A stretch of DNA of 64,000 bases, from NCBI GenBank assembly GCA_038087875.1, contig JAXLNO010002050.1, positions 1-64,000 on the forward strand. Direction: 5' to 3'. The translations under genes were made by a program, and so were the position numbers. Numbering within the stretch: position 1 is the stretch's first letter; every line of letters begins with the position of its first letter. The notes beneath the pieces are model-generated. The model worked only from the letters and a program-made list of their open reading frames with translations. It made no database searches and was not told where the DNA came from. Shown piece by piece: positions 12,610 to 27,446 of the stretch. The stretch comes from Malacoraja senta. Lineage: Eukaryota.

Positions 12610-13608
12610 TTGCAGATTCTAAGAAGGCCATATCTTGGAAAAGGATTATCAGACAGTACGGTGGATGTTATGACAGCAGCCTGGAGGAATAGTACCCAGA
12701 AGCAGTACATTTCATATATAAAGAAATGGGAGGTGTTTTGTTCAGGAAAGAATATTGCATATAACACAGCAGAAATTTCAGATGTAATAGAGTTTCTTTC
12801 AACTCTACACTATGAATTGAAATTAAGTTATAGTGCAATTAATACTGCACGAAGTGCACTCTCTGCATATTTAAGCAGTGAATCAGAACAAACTCCAATT
12901 GGAGCACATCCTTGGGTCTGTAGGTTTATGAAAGGAATTTTCAACTCTAATCCTCCCAGACCCAGGTATACAGAAATTTGGAATGTAAAAGATGTACTGA
13001 TGTTCCTAAGGAATTGGAATCCAGTTGAAACTCTGTCATTATCCAAAATTACCATGAAATTGGTTATGCTCATGGCATTAGTTTCAGCACAGAGAGTTCA
13101 CACATTACAGAAACTCAGAATTGATAGAATGAAAGTAGGGCAAAATGCCGTGACATTCTATGTCTATGATTTACTGAAGCAAAGTAGACCTGGGTTCACA
13201 GGATGCAAGTTGGAATTTTTAGCATATCCTACAGATTCACGACTGTGTGTAGTAACATATGTGAAATGTTACATAGAAACAACAAAAGTTTTAAGAGGCG
13301 CCGAATTGGCATTTTTTATTAGTCATAAAAAGCCTCATAAGAAAGTGTCAACACAAACAATTTCACGATGGTTGAAACAGGTGTTGAGATATTCAGGTAT
13401 TGATACTGATAAATTTAAATCTCATTCCACCAGGGCGGCATCAACATCAGCGGCCAGGGATTCAGACGTGCTAATAGACCTTATTCTCGTGGCCGCGGGA
13501 TGGGCAAGTGAACAGATGTTTCACAAGTATTACCACAAGGAGATTAAAGATCTCAGAGGGTTTGGTAATGCCGTGCTGGATACAGTATTAAATCCCCCAT
13601 TAAAATAA
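12610..13608 (+). CDS. DIRS copy 1 tyrosine recombinase, uninterrupted 332-aa ORF
   Basis: SAQRVHTL (R), LLKQSRP (K), HSTRAAS (HxxR), AAGW (W), FHKYY (Y): complete catalytic set. Confidence 0.92.
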   Translation: MQILRRPYLGKGLSDSTVDVMTAAWRNSTQKQYISYIKKWEVFCSGKNIAYNTAEISDVIEFLSTLHYELKLSYSAINTARSALSAYLSSESEQTPIGAHPWVCRFMKGIFNSNPPRPRYTEIWNVKDVLMFLRNWNPVETLSLSKITMKLVMLMALVSAQRVHTLQKLRIDRMKVGQNAVTFYVYDLLKQSRPGFTGCKLEFLAYPTDSRLCVVTYVKCYIETTKVLRGAELAFFISHKKPHKKVSTQTISRWLKQVLRYSGIDTDKFKSHSTRAASTSAARDSDVLIDLILVAAGWASEQMFHKYYHKEIKDLRGFGNAVLDTVLNPPLK

Positions 13609-14438
13609 ATGGGCCTAATTTTAGTTATTTTTATTAAAATAAATAAAACCATTAACTGATTACATTCAAATGTTGTGGTTATGCATTGTTGATTGTGCTT
13701 ACTCAAATAGAGTCAATCGATGCAGTGAACACCTGGATTTGAATCCACGGTGTGAAATCACAGAGCTTTGAAATCTTCACGTAGTCACTCACGTGACTCC
13801 GAAGTAAAATAGTAAGATTAAACGAGAACTTACCAAGTTTGAAGCTTGATCTTTATTTTATGAGGAGTAACGTTGAGGGATTACGTGCCCTCCGCTCCCA
13901 CCCTCATAAAAGGATCAAGCTGGTAGTTCTAAGTCTTTATGCATCTTACTATCATACTTCAGTAATTATCGTCTGTGATTGTCACTCCGCTGCTTTGAAA
14001 GATTGACGCGTGTGCGGCTGGACGGGGCTTCTTCACGTAATCCCTCGACGTTACTCCTCATAAAATAAAGATCAAACTTCAAACTTGGTAAGTTCTCGTT
14101 TAATCTTACTATTCCACCTGCCACATACCAGCCTCTGCCCCATTCCTCCTTCAAACTGTTAGAATCTTCCCATCCTCTCCTTCAATTCTAATGCAGTGCC
14201 TTGCCTTGAAATGTTGGTATATGTCATTTGCCTCCACAGATGCTGTTTGACCAAGTACTTCCACTGGCCTTTCTTTAGTCTAAAATTCTTGTTGGAAATA
14301 ACCACAAAGTCTTACTCTATCTATAATTGAAACCATTTAATTGGTGCTTAGAGAGCTTTCTAAAATCATGAGGGCGATTGATCAGGATTTATTTTACCCA
14401 GGGTAGGGTAATCAAGAACCAGCAAAAACAGGTTTAAG

Positions 14439-15077
14439 CTGTGTTCAATGCTAATTTTTTAGGTGTCGGAGCTGTCAAACAGGGGCATTTCAGATTTTGC
14501 TGGGGGGGGGGGGGGCAAGCTAGTTTCCCTAGAGGGTCAAACAAGATTATAGCCTATTACTACATCCCAGTGTATAGCTAGTACTTTAAAACATATAATA
14601 CTTAATTTAATTATGACAAAATATTGCACGGTTGCACTCACTGATTATCATGAAATATAATTATGAAGCAAGTAAAGAAAAAGACTGTTATCATGTATTT
14701 TTACAGAGGTGCCGGCAAGACACCGACTCGCCCTGACTATCCCACAGCTCTGGGCCTTCACACACACACACACACTCTCACCCTCACACCCATTCACCTA
14801 CACACCCACCCACTCATCCACCCACCAGAGTTCCAGGCTCAGCTCCAGGCCCACAACCACAAACGATGCACACATCACATGGTCTGTCTCTGCTGCATCA
14901 TAGTGTTCCCCTCCTCCTACAGGGAACCTCAGTAGTGATGGATCTTCCCCTTACCCCTCTTTTAATCAGGTTACCCCGACCACACATCCGCTAGTTAAAA
15001 TTCCACCCTGTTTATTTTTTCTTTAACAGAGGTGCGGGATCGGTGCTCAGGTGAGCTCCGGCAGCACTGCACCCCTG
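14439..15077. mobile_element. non-autonomous hAT-like element inserted in a CR1 3' end
   Basis: 8-bp TSD GGTTTAAG at 14431-14438 and 15078-15085; degenerate terminal inverted repeats; CR1 sequence resumes across it. Interior (about 14750-15010) is homologous to about 52720-54080. Confidence 0.8.
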
Positions 15078-18000
15078 GGTTTAAGGTGAGGAGGAAGATT
15101 TAGTAGGAACCTGAGAGGCAACCTTTTCTACTAAGAGGTTACTGGGTGTATGGAATGAGCTGCCAGCGAAGGCAGAATAACAACATTGAAAAGACACTTG
15201 GACAGGTACATGGATAGAGCATGTTGAGAGGAATGTGGGCCAAACGCTGGCAAATGTGACTAACCTAAATGTAGCATCTTGTTCAGCTTTGAGCATTAGG
15301 CTGAAGTACCTACTTCCATGCTATATGGCTCCATGACTCTTTGTTAGATGAACATAAACATGGCAAATGGAGTTTAATGATGGAAAATATGTGCTCACAC
15401 ACTCTGGTAAGAGCAATTCAAAGGAAGCTATTATCTAAATGGAGTGAGATTGCAAATGAGTGGAGTACAAGAGATTCAAGTGCTTAAAGTGCAAAACAAA
15501 AAGCCAGCAGGTAGATGCAGCACACAACTCAGAAGGTGATTAGCATTCAAAGGTAGGTTACTATTGTAATTATGGTACATGATGTTGCTAAGGACATATC
15601 AGGAGCACTGTGCACAGCTTGGTCCTCAAATTTAAGAAAGGATATATTAATATTGGATATCAGCTAGAAGAGATTTCTGGAATAAGCAAGTGTTACCTAA
15701 CCATGAATGGCTGAAATCACTGGTTCTGTGTCCCTTGGAGATGACAAGAAACAGAGTTAACCTTATGAATGTATTAAAGAGGCATGATGTGGTGGTGAAT
15801 TGATGGATAATGCGTGGATATATTCTAAAAGACCAGGGAATTGTGTCTTATGTGGAATAAGCACAGTAAAGGAGTTGAGGCCTCAGTCATATCAGCTGTT
15901 ATCAACATAAATTGCTAGATAGCTCTAATTTGTACAAATGCAGGGCAGTCCATTGAGAATTTCTGTCATGTTTGATAAACTTAATTTAACTCTTTCCATT
16001 TATTTCAGTTCCTGCATTTTAATCACATCCATGAAATCTTCTACTCAGCGATTGGTTAGCAGTGCACGTTCTGCTTTGGTTGAATATTTTGATAATCTGA
16101 GGAGGGAAATTAAATATTAGACAACAAAGAAATGGCATAGCAGAGAACAGAACTCGGAAAGATGCAACTAGTTTATTCGCTTTAACTGTTGATTCATCCC
16201 ACATAACATCTTCCTTCCAGATATAAAGGCACAGTGCCAGACACCTGGGTTTGATCCTGACCACGGGTGATGTCTGTACGGAATTTGTACCTTCTCCCTG
16301 TGACTGCATAGGTTTCTCCAGGTGCTCCAGTTTCCTCCCACATTCCAAAGACAGATGTGCAGGTTTGTAGGTTAATTGACGTGTTCCTAGCTTATGTGGG
16401 TGATCGTTGGTTGGTGCGGCCTCAGTGGGGCCGAAGTGTCTGTTTCAATGCTCTCTCTCTAAACTAAACAAAAAACTCAATACTCCTTCAAATAGTTTCG
16501 TTCACACAAGTTCTATGTTATCTAACTTTCGCTTCCACACTAGGGTCAAATTACAGAGACCAATTAACCCATAAACCTGGCATCTTTAGTATGTGTGTGA
16601 AAACTGGAGGACAGTGGAAACCCATGCGGTCATAGGGAATACATGCAAACTTCACACAGCCGACAAGCGAGGTTAGGATTGAACTGATGTCTATGACGCA
16701 CTGAGGCAGCAGCTCTATCAGCAGCGCCACTCTGCCTCAGGTTGCGTCATGTTCAGCACAAACGTTGTTGGACAAAGGACCTGTTCCTCTATTACAGGGG
16801 CATTCCCATTCACCGTAAAATTCAGCGAACTCAGCACCATTGGGTCACTGGAAATATTCCCTGCCTGACCATCAGATCCCTCCAGATCAGTTGGACAGAC
16901 ACCAGTTAGGCAGCATCTGCCTGCAAATGATTCATGTCCCTCAAACCCCTGCATCTCCATGCACCACAAAGGTGCACCCCAGACGCCACCATCCCTGGCA
17001 GTGCTTTCCAGGCACACACCACATAGTATGTAATACAAACTTGCCCTTTTAAAAACTGCAGCTTCTACCCTGCACTGAATATAATGCAATAATTTAAATG
17101 CCATAGTAGGCATTTAGTTAATTGGGATAATTTTAGTCAATTGGGTGGTGTGATTGCAAATCTTGTACAATATCATAAACCAAGTAAAATGTGACAAAGT
17201 CAAAATGGCCAGGCACAAAGAACAGAATAATCATGAACATCAATAACATGTCAATAACTAGACTCTCCTAGTGGCAGCATGCTGTAAGGTTGCAAACTCG
17301 TTTGCTCCCTTAACTTTTAACTTCCACTGACCACTCTTTCAATGTTACTGGTGACTATTTGACTTCAAGACATCGTCTAACTGTTCATAAAGTGTTGATA
17401 ACACATTTACACGCCTTAATCGTGAAAAGGATGGAGACAAGAAGGAAAGGAGGATCCCCAAAGAAGGAACTGGGGAAAGCCACAACCACAGCTGTAGCTT
17501 CTGATTCCAGCATCATAGAAGCAATATCGAAAATGAACGATGAATTGAAAAATGAGCTGAAAAATGAAACGAAAACAAGATTTGGCAGTTTGGAAGAAAT
17601 GGTGAAAGGAGTTGACCAAATTGAAGGAAGTCCAAGGAAAACTGTTTTTGTTACAAGATGAACTTCGTGAACAAAAGGATCAAATTGATATCTTGCGCAC
17701 CCTGGGACAGGAGAGAGATTTGAAATTTGAAAAATTGGAACGGAGAATGAATGAAAACACTTGAGAACTTCAGCAATACAAGTCTAAAAATATGGACTTA
17801 GAATACAGAAGCCGTCGTTTGAATTGATGAATTGTTGGTTTGCCGGAAGGCCAAGGAGGAGATAACGTTATAAAATATGCTTCTAAAATGATAAAGGAAA
17901 CATTCAACATTGAGCACAATGAAAACCTTCTGTTCCTGGATAAGGCACACAGGATTGGGAAGAAATCCGGTAATAAACCGAGACACTTGATCATTCGGTT

Positions 18001-21000
18001 TCATTTTTTTCAAATGAAGGAGAATATTCTCCAGGCAGCAAAAAAGTTTGGTGTGGTTGAATACGAAGGATGTAAGTTTCGGTTTGTCCCTGATTATAGT
18101 TACGAGCTTTTGGAAATAAGAAAGACTTTTTATAATGTAATGTCTGATTTGTATAAGAAAAAACTGCGCCCAGCTCTATTATCACCAGCTAGATTGCGTA
18201 TTCGGCTTTTCAATGGTAACTTTCGATTTTTTAACAGTCCTCAAGACGCCTCCAGCTGCGTCTGAAGAGCTACGACGAGGAAGGGGAGTAATTGATAGCT
18301 GATTAAGTTATAATTGGAGATTTACTGTTCCTCTTTTGACAACATTTCGTTTGGTAATGATTAAGAATTTAACTGGACGAGTTGTTTTTCTTTTATATAT
18401 ATTCTTTTAAGAATTTCTTTGTTAATTCGTGTTCCCCTGTCGTTAGACAAACTAAGAGAACGCAGTTCTTGTTTTTCATATTTTGACCTTGGATAATAAT
18501 AAGCAGCATTCCATGCCAGTCTGTATTTTTTTTCTTCTCTCTCAAAGAGATAATAACGAATGTGTTATGACGTAGTGGTTAAATATTATTCATTTTATGC
18601 TGAGCGCTGTTACTGGGAGAGATGGGATCGGGGAGGGGATTAGGTAGTTTGCTGACTGTCTTTTGGTCAGTTTGGGGTTCTACAAGGGTGGGAGGGGGAG
18701 GGGGGAGGGGGGAGGGGTCTTTTGTTCCCTATTTAGTGATCTCCATTTGTGCAAATTCTGAACTACAAAATTGGCTGAAATGTCGTCACCTGGCTCCGCC
18801 CTAGATTTTTCTTCTTCCAGTATTATGAACTTTTAGGCTTCAAGAAATTAACCCATTACATCCCACATGATTTTTACAAGCAATATGGATAAAGTTCCTT
18901 TCATGGAATGTGAATGGCTTGAACCATCCCATTAAGAGGATTTTTTTTTAAAGTTCTTCACAGACTAAATGCTCAGATTATCTTTGTTCAGGAAACTCAT
19001 GTAAGGCAAGATGACAAGTCACGATTTTTCAAGTTTTGGAGAGGACAGCAGTTTCATTCAAATTCACAGGCTAAGGGGAAAGGAGTCTCTATTTTTATCA
19101 ACCCCTCAATTCCGTTTGTTCACCATGAAACAATTTCTGATCCATATAGCAGATTCTTGGTGATTACCGGTGTCCTTTATAGGCAAAAAGTCACTATGGT
19201 GAATGTCTATGCACCAAATATTGATCACCCTGAGTTTTTTAAACAGTTAATTGCATCCTTTCCTAATTTAAATGAACACTTTTTAATAATGGGTGGAGAC
19301 TTCAATTGCTGTTTGAATCCCTCGATTGATACGTCTACATCTGATCATGTGCTTCCAAATAAATCAGCTAATTTTATTAATTCTTTTTTACTTGACTCGG
19401 GAATGTTAGAAATTTGGAGATTCTTACACGCAAATGACAAAGAATTTTCATTTTTCTCTCATGTATATCATAATTATTCTAGGATCGACTATTTTATACT
19501 AGATTCTCGGCTAATTCCATTCGTCATTGCATGTGAGTATGATACAATTGCTATTTCTGATCATGCACCAGTGAAACTATTGATCAAACTACCTGATTCC
19601 AAGTTTAGTGCTAAACAATGGCGATTTAATGCTACTTTGCTTCAAGACTTAAACTTTATTAAGTTTATGAAAGATCAGATTGCTTTTTACTTCTTGACAA
19701 ACTCTAATGAAGAGATATCGAATGATATAGTTTGGGATGCTTTTAAGGCATATATTCATGGACAAATTATTTCATACTCCGCGGGATTAAAAAAACAAAC
19801 ACAAAAAGAAATACGCACATTGGCTGACGAGATTAAAGAAATTGATAAAAAATATTCAAAAGCTCCTAGTTTAGAGCTCTATAAGAATAGTTGAACTTCA
19901 ATTGAGATATGATTTGTTATTAGTATCACCGATTGAGAACCAGTTACTTAAAACCAAAAGTAAATTTTATATAAATGGCAAAAATCTGGTAAATTACTTA
20001 CTAATCAATTGAAAGCAGTGTCGGCCAAGAGTCAGATTACTAAAGTGAGTAAACGGGATGGTACAGTAACTGTAGACCATGACGAAATTAATAAATCCTT
20101 TCAGGAATTTTATACCTCCCTATACCAATCAGATTTTCCTACTGATTCCAATATAATGCATGAGTTTTTAAAGAAACTGAACTTACCAAATTTACCATAC
20201 AATGAGTCTCTGTTGTTAGATGAACCCATCACGGAAGAAGAAATACAGAGAGCAATTTTTTCAATGAATTCTGGTAAAACACCCGGTTTAGATAGGTTTA
20301 CAGTAGAATTTTTAAAGTATTTCTCAAATTTATTGTCTCCATGGCTATGCAAGGTATTTAAAGAAGCTTTTTTAAAGGAATAGATTACCACAATCTTTTT
20401 ATGAAGCTTCTATTTCTTTAATTTAAAAAAAAGATAAAGACCCTACTGAAGTGACATCATATAGACCTATATCAATGTTAAATGTAGATTTTAAAATTCT
20501 TTCCAAAATATTAGCTATGAGATTGGAAAAGATTTTACCGCAAATTATCTCTGAAGATCAGACAGGTTTTATTAAAAATCGTTACTCATTCTTTAATGTT
20601 AGGAGATTAATAAATATTGTATATACAGCGTCTAATAAAACCCCAGAATGTGTCATCTCACTTGATGCCGAGAAGGCTATTGATAGAGTAGAATGGAATA
20701 CTTATTCAATATACTTGAAAAAGTTAAGATTGGTCCAAAATTTATCTCTTGGATCAAACTGCTATATCTTATACCTCAGGCTTCTGTATTTACTAATAAT
20801 CAGAGATCCCCTTTTTTCAGGCTCTTTCGAGGTACTAGACAGGGCTGTCCCTTAAGTCCTTTACTATTTCATATTGCTTTGGAAACTTTAGCCACTGCTA
20901 TTAGGGAATCCCCTAATATTTTTGGTATTGTCTGTGGGAATAAGACACATAAGCTATCTCTTTATGCAGATGATCTGTTATTATTTATTTCTAACCCTGA

Positions 21001-22543
21001 GAAATCTATTCCGGCAATAGTAGCATTACTTAATCAATTCAGTAGTTTTTCTGGTTATAAACTAAATCTTAGTAAGAGTGAGCTTTCCCATTATATAATT
21101 TTGTTTCGAGTTATGGACAGTTTCCATTTAGATTGACTACCGAAAGTTTTACTTATTTAGGTATTAAGATCACCAAGAAACACAAGGATTTATTTAAAGC
21201 TAATTTTATTCCTTTAATTGACCATATTAAACATCAGTTCACTAAATGGTCACCAATGTCCTTATCCTTAATTGGCCGAATCAATGCTATTAAAATGCTC
21301 ATTTTACCTAAATTTCTGTATTTATTTCAGACGATACCAATTTGTATTGCCAAATCTTTCTTTGATATTATAGACTCTAAAATTTCTTCATATATATGGC
21401 AGAATAAAAATGCCAGACTAGGTAAAAAATACCTACAGAAATCAAAAAAAGTTGGTGGTTTGGCAATGCCGAACCTTAGACTCTACTATTGGGCAGTCAA
21501 TGTTCGTTATTTAACATTTTGGACAAAAGATTTAGAAGATACCCAATGCCCTGGATGGATAAACCTAGAACGTGATTCCTTACAAGGGCTATAATTGGCT
21601 TCTATTCTAGGGACCTCGTTACCTTTTACAATTACGAGATTGAATAAATATATGACGAACCCAATAATAAGACATACGTTCCGAATACGGTTTAAATTTC
21701 ATAAGTTTTTTGGACTATCTGATTTTATCCAAATTTCTCTTCCAACCATCTAGTACTGATCAAGTTTTTTTGTTATGGAAGAGGAAGGGATTAGTAGCTT
21801 TTTGTGATTTGTTTTTGGAGGGTTGTTTTATGTCTTTCGAACAACTCTCCAATAACTTACCTAATTCACACTTTTTTAGATATTTACAAATTAGACAAAA
21901 GGAACTACCCCTTTTTCCGCTACCACATCAACCCGAAATTTTTGATTTTTTTTACAGTTGAACCCTTATCAGAAAGGATTAATAACGACTATTCATGAGT
22001 TGATTTCAAAATTACAAATAGATACATTTGATAAAATTAATAATGACTGGGAAAGAGAACTCCAAATGTCTTTATCTATAGAGAAATGGGAGAGGATCCT
22101 TCAATTAGTTAATACCTCTTCAATGTGTGCAGACACGCTTTGATACAATTCAAGGTGGTTCACAGAGCTCATATGTCAAAAGATAAGTTAGCTCGTTTTT
22201 TTTTTTTTTTTTAATATTTTTTATTGGAGATAAGTACACAACCTATTAACATCATTACCAGTCTTACATTTTTGAATTGATAATATTGTCAATTATTATT
22301 ACATTGTCTCCAATACCTTTTGCATTTTTTTGTTTTTTTTAAACTAGATAGAACTAAAAAGATAGATGAAGTAAAGAAAGAAAAGGGAGAGAAGAAAAGA
22401 GAAAGAAAAAAAAAAAAAAAAAAAACAGAAAAGAAAAAGATAGTTAAAGAAGAATGGAAAAATTTATTAAAATAAAAAACTTCATTCGAGATATATTCGT
22501 ACATTTCAGAGTATAGCATTTCATCCATTCTTTAGCCCGAGTG

Positions 22544-25500
22544 CTAGTCAGGTTCCTGTGCTGAACCATTCTGACCCTTTAAATAATCAATAAAGGGAGA
22601 CAATGTTCCAACGAATAATTCCTGTTTGTCCAACAGGGAAAATCTGATTATTTCCACGTTTAAGGTCTCCGTCATTTCTATAATCCACATTTTGATTGTG
22701 GGGGTTATAGGGCCTTTCCAAAATTTTAGAATTAATTTTTTTCCCGTTATTATACTATAATCAATAAAGTTTCTTTGTGTTGTTTTAAATGTTTGATTTA
22801 ATTCTAATGTTCCGAGTATTATTAATTTTGGATCCGGGTCCAATTGTGTGCTGGTCACTTTAGATATTATACTGAAAATATTTACCCAGAATTTTTTTTT
22901 TTTTATACAGTTTGCAAACATATGAGATAAGTTAGCTTCTAAATGTTGACATTTATCACATATAGGTGAAATATGTTGAAAGATTTTATGTAATTTTGTT
23001 TTTGAATAATGTAACCTATGTATTACTTTAAATTGTATTAATGAATGTCTGGCATTTAATGAACATTGATGTATGTGTTGTAAACTTTCTTCCCAAGTAT
23101 CTTTCGTTATTATTTGATTTAATTCTTTTTCCCATGTTTGTCTGTGTAAGTCCGTCGATGGAATGTCACTGTCTAATAAAATATTATATATATAAGATAT
23201 TAATTTTTCTGTATTAGGATGTTTATTCCAACATTCGTCAAGAATTTCTGAATTTCTAATTCGAAAATTTTGAGTATTCGATTTTACATAATCTCTGAGT
23301 TGAAGATATCTGAAAAAATCATTTCCTTGAAGTCCATAAGTCTGTTGCAACTCCTGAAATGTCAGAAAGGTGCCTTCCTTGTAAAGTTGTCCCATATTTT
23401 TAATTCCATAATTCTTCCATTGTGTAAAACCCCTGTCCAACCATGAGGGCTTAAACAAAGGGTTATTCACAATTGGAAGAAAAAGTGATAAATTATCTAA
23501 TTTTAATGTCTTTTTTAATTATTTCCAAATTCGTATAGCACTAAATATTATAGGGTTTTCCTACAATTTTTTTTGTTTAATTTAGACGTAGCAAATAATA
23601 TCGAGCCGATATCAAAAGGTAAACAATCTTCCTTTTCCATTTTTAACCAATCTAGTTGTTGATCTATTTCTTCCAACCAGAAATTCATATTTTTAATATT
23701 AACTGCCCAAAAATAAAACAGAAAGTTGGGTAAAAACCAAGCCTCCATTTATTTTTGATTTACACAAATGTATTTTATTTATCCTATGATTCTTATAATC
23801 CCAGATAAAATCATTAACAATGGAATCCAATTTTTTAAAAAAGTTTTTTGACAAATATATCGGAATTGTCTGAAAAAGGTATAATATTTGCGGTAAAAAA
23901 ATCATTTTTATGGCATTAATTTTGCCAACCATTGAGATAGGAAGTGTTTTCCAATATTGAATATTCTTATGTAGTTTGTTCAGTAATGGGGGGAAATTTG
24001 CTTTAAATAATGATGTATATATCTTAGTTACGTAAATGCCTAGGTATTTAAATTTTTCGTTTACTATTTTAAATGGAAATTGTTGTATTATCTGTTTGTT
24101 GTGTTCCCTTATTGGCATAATTTCACTTTTATTCCAATTTATTCTGTATCCTGAGAGTGAACCAAATTGGGTTATTAGCTTTAATAAGTTTGGAATACTA
24201 ATTTCTGGTTTTGTAATGTAAATTAGTACATCATCTGCGTATAGAGAAATTTTATTCACTGTGTCCTTTGTGTTATACCCATGTATTTCCGGATGACCCC
24301 TAACTCTTTCTGCGAGTGGCTCAATAGCAAGCGCAAATAATAATGGAGATAACGGGCATCCTTGTCTACAACCTCTAGATAGGCTGAATTTAGATGACAA
24401 CCTTTGGTTTGTTAATATTCTAGCCGTAGGGTTTGTATATAACAGTTTTATCCATGTGCAGAATTTCTCCCCTAGCTGCATATTTTCCATCACCGAAAAT
24501 AAATAAGACCATTCAACCTGATCAAATGCTTTTTCAGCGTCAAGTGAGATTATTGCTAGATCTTCATTAATAATTCTCTTAGAATAAATAATATTAAATA
24601 ATCTTCTTAGATTATAATATGAGTACCGTTTCTGAGTAAAGCCTGTTTGGTCAGGGTGTATTAATTTATTCATCACTGTACTTAATCTATGCGCTAGTAT
24701 TTTAGTTAATATTTTCTGATCTGTATTTAAAAGTGCAATTGCTCTATATGATCCCGGATCTTCCGGATCTTTATCAACTTTAGGAATAAGTGTTATTATA
24801 GATTCATTTAAAGTATCTGGAAGTTTCTGTTGAGTATAAATATGTTCATACAGCCTTTGTAAACGTGGGGAGAGCAAGTCATAATTTTTTTTATAGAATT
24901 CAGAGCCTAAACCATCTGGTCCTACTGCTTTACCATTTTTTAAAGAGCCAATAGACTCCTCAATATCCTTTATCGTAATCTCCCTTTCTAATAATTCTCT
25001 ATCGTTTGAATCTAAACCTTTTAAATTACATTTTAGTAAAAAATCTGCTATTCCTTCTGGTTGTACTACAGTTTTAGTTGAATAAAGATTATGATAGTAT
25101 TGGAGAAATCTTTCGTTTATATCCTTGGGCATTTTTAATAATTCTGTTCTAATTTTATGAATTATTTTTTCCCCTTCCATTTTTCGTAACTGACGTGCTA
25201 ATAGTTTTTGTGGTTTGTCTCCAAACTCAAAATGTAATTGTTTGTTTTTTGATAAAGTTTTATTACTTGTTCTGAATACATTTTGTTTAATTTATATTTC
25301 AATACAGCAATTTTATTATGTTTTAAAATAGATGGCATTCTCGCATTTTCTATATCTTGTTGCTTGATTTCCCTTTCCAATGTTTGTTGTTTAATCCTGT
25401 TCTCTTTATTATAAAATACTTGAGCAGAAATTAATGCACCTCGAACAAACGCTTTAAACGTTTCCCACATAAGAGAAGTAGGTGTGTCAGGGTTGTCATA

Positions 25501-26496
25501 TACCACAAAAAATATTTGAATCTGTTTAGTAAGATATTCTTCGCATGATCTTTCGTTCAAAATTTGTGGGTTAAATCTCCAATATGTTTGTTTCTCGGAC
25601 ATTCCATTTAATTTAATCATGAATGTTACAGGTGCGTGATCTGAGATTATAATATTATGGTGTTTTGAGTTGTAAGTAAATGGGATAAACGTGGAGTCAA
25701 CTAAAAAATAATCTATTCTTGAGTATGTTTTATGTACTGGTGAGTAAAATGAATATTCCCGTCCAGTTGGATTTTCAATTCTCCAGACATCCTTAATATT
25801 AGTGGTATTAATAAATGAATTTAAAAATACACTTGATTGAGATTTTACTTTTTTTTGCCTTGATGATCTATCTAAGTATGAATCTAATGTGCAATTGAAG
25901 TCTCCTCCAATTATTAATTTATATTGTGTAAATTCAGGAATTATATTAAATGTTTTATTAAAAAACATAGGGTTATCAAAATTAGGCCCATATACATTAA
26001 GAAGAATCACTTTCTCTCCATTTAACTCTCCAACTAATATAATATATCTACCATCAATATCCGCTATTGTTGATGAATTCGTAAAAGGTATTCCTTTACG
26101 AATTAATATTGCAACTCCTCTGGACTTATGGGAAAAAGAGGAATGATATGATTCAGCGATCCACTTAGCTTTAAGTCTATGTTGAGATTCCTTTTTAAGG
26201 TGTGTTTCTTGAAGGAATATTATATCTGTTTTGATTGAATTTAGATGTGCCAAAACTTTACCTCTCTTAATTGGTTCATTGATTCCCTTAACATTCCAAC
26301 TACAAAATGTTATTCCCTGACCCCCTCTTGTCATATTAACATCTTGCATATTGTTTCTAAGGTGGTCTATAACCGAGCAGAAGGTGCAACACATAAAACC
26401 TGACCCTGCTCCCGAACCTCGAATAGATGAATTTAAAATCATATACATCGCTCTTCCGAACACATCTCCTTGAATTAGTCTTGTTGTTCCATTCAA
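22544..26496 (-). pseudogene. L1b ORF2p (endonuclease-RT-C-terminal domain), frameshifted
   Basis: SWNVKGIN/LQETHL/GDFN/SRIDY/SDH; RGCRQGCPLSPLLF; LYADD; CDKC..HMF. Frame breaks at homopolymer runs near 25240, 23735 and 23570, plus an in-frame TAA near 23520. Confidence 0.92.
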
Positions 26497-26729
26497 ACAT
26501 TAAGTTATAAAAATATTTAAAGTGAAAAAAGTGATAGAATTGGTTAGTATAGGGTGAAAGAAAAAAAACTACATCTACAATTAGTGTAGTTAGTGATAGC
26601 CACACTAACGTGGCTAGAATTCTAAAGACTTCCGTAGCCTTTGTAAAAAAAAAATTCCCAGCTCCGTGCCCGAAAAAAAAAAGAAAGAATATTTCTGACA
26701 ATCAATTAACTTCTTTGGGAGTAGCAAAC

Positions 26730-26760
26730 ATATATATATACCCATACATACACACACACA

Positions 26761-26830
<70 letters not shown>

Positions 26831-26850
26831 CATATGCATACATATATACG
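26730..26850. repeat. (TA)n/(CATA)n microsatellite in the L1b inter-ORF spacer
   Basis: Direct reading of the sequence. Confidence 0.95.
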
Positions 26851-27446
26851 CACATATCCCTGCAGAAAAGTCCGAAAACAACATAAATTCACAACGTTAT
26901 TATTCTCTACATACCATATTAATATCTTTGCTAAATCTATAAATTTAATTTTAAATTGAAAAATAAAGAGAAAAACCGTCAAACCTTATTATGACGTAGG
27001 CTGAATTACCTCTTGCACATCTTCCTGTAGAATATAAGTATGTAACTCATTTCTACGTTAACCAGAGATTGTTAGTTATTAATCATTGTTATCGATCATA
27101 CCCAGTATTAAATTTTTATGAGTAATATAAATGTTAATAATTTTAGTAGTAATATAGATATTTAATAAGTATTAGCAGTTACATATATAGTTAGATATGA
27201 ATATACTAAATAGTAATAGTGATTAATAACAATTGGTCACAACTATGATATTATTGTTCTTAAAGTTTATACTAAAAATAAAAAAAGATTAAAAAAAATA
27301 ATAATAAAAAACCACGGTTTTCTCCAATGTCCACCGTCCATTTCGGTTTTCGAATGTCCTTAAAGCTCTTAAAAGAACTTTAAAGGTCCTTTTAAATCTG
27401 GTGAAGTCCCGTTAATCCTTGACTCCTGAGGAGTAATGTAAATTCT

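Larger units (their letters stand above)
9041..14112 (+). mobile_element. DIRS1-type tyrosine-recombinase retrotransposon, copy 1 (full-length ends)
   Basis: Left end ttttacttcggagtcacgtg; perfect 36-bp inverted match 9067-9102 vs 14004-14039; internal complementary region 13774-13887 complementary to both outer ends; RT/RNase H, methyltransferase-like and YR ORFs in DIRS order; no TSD. Confidence 0.95.

Noticed and set aside
12093-13608. Bacterial or phage Dam methylase plus integrase (horizontal transfer or contamination)
   Set aside because: Both lie downstream of RT/RNase H within ITR/ICR ends, the standard DIRS1-type layout.
26610-26982. YI-repeat ORFs
   Set aside because: Translation of a (TA)n microsatellite.
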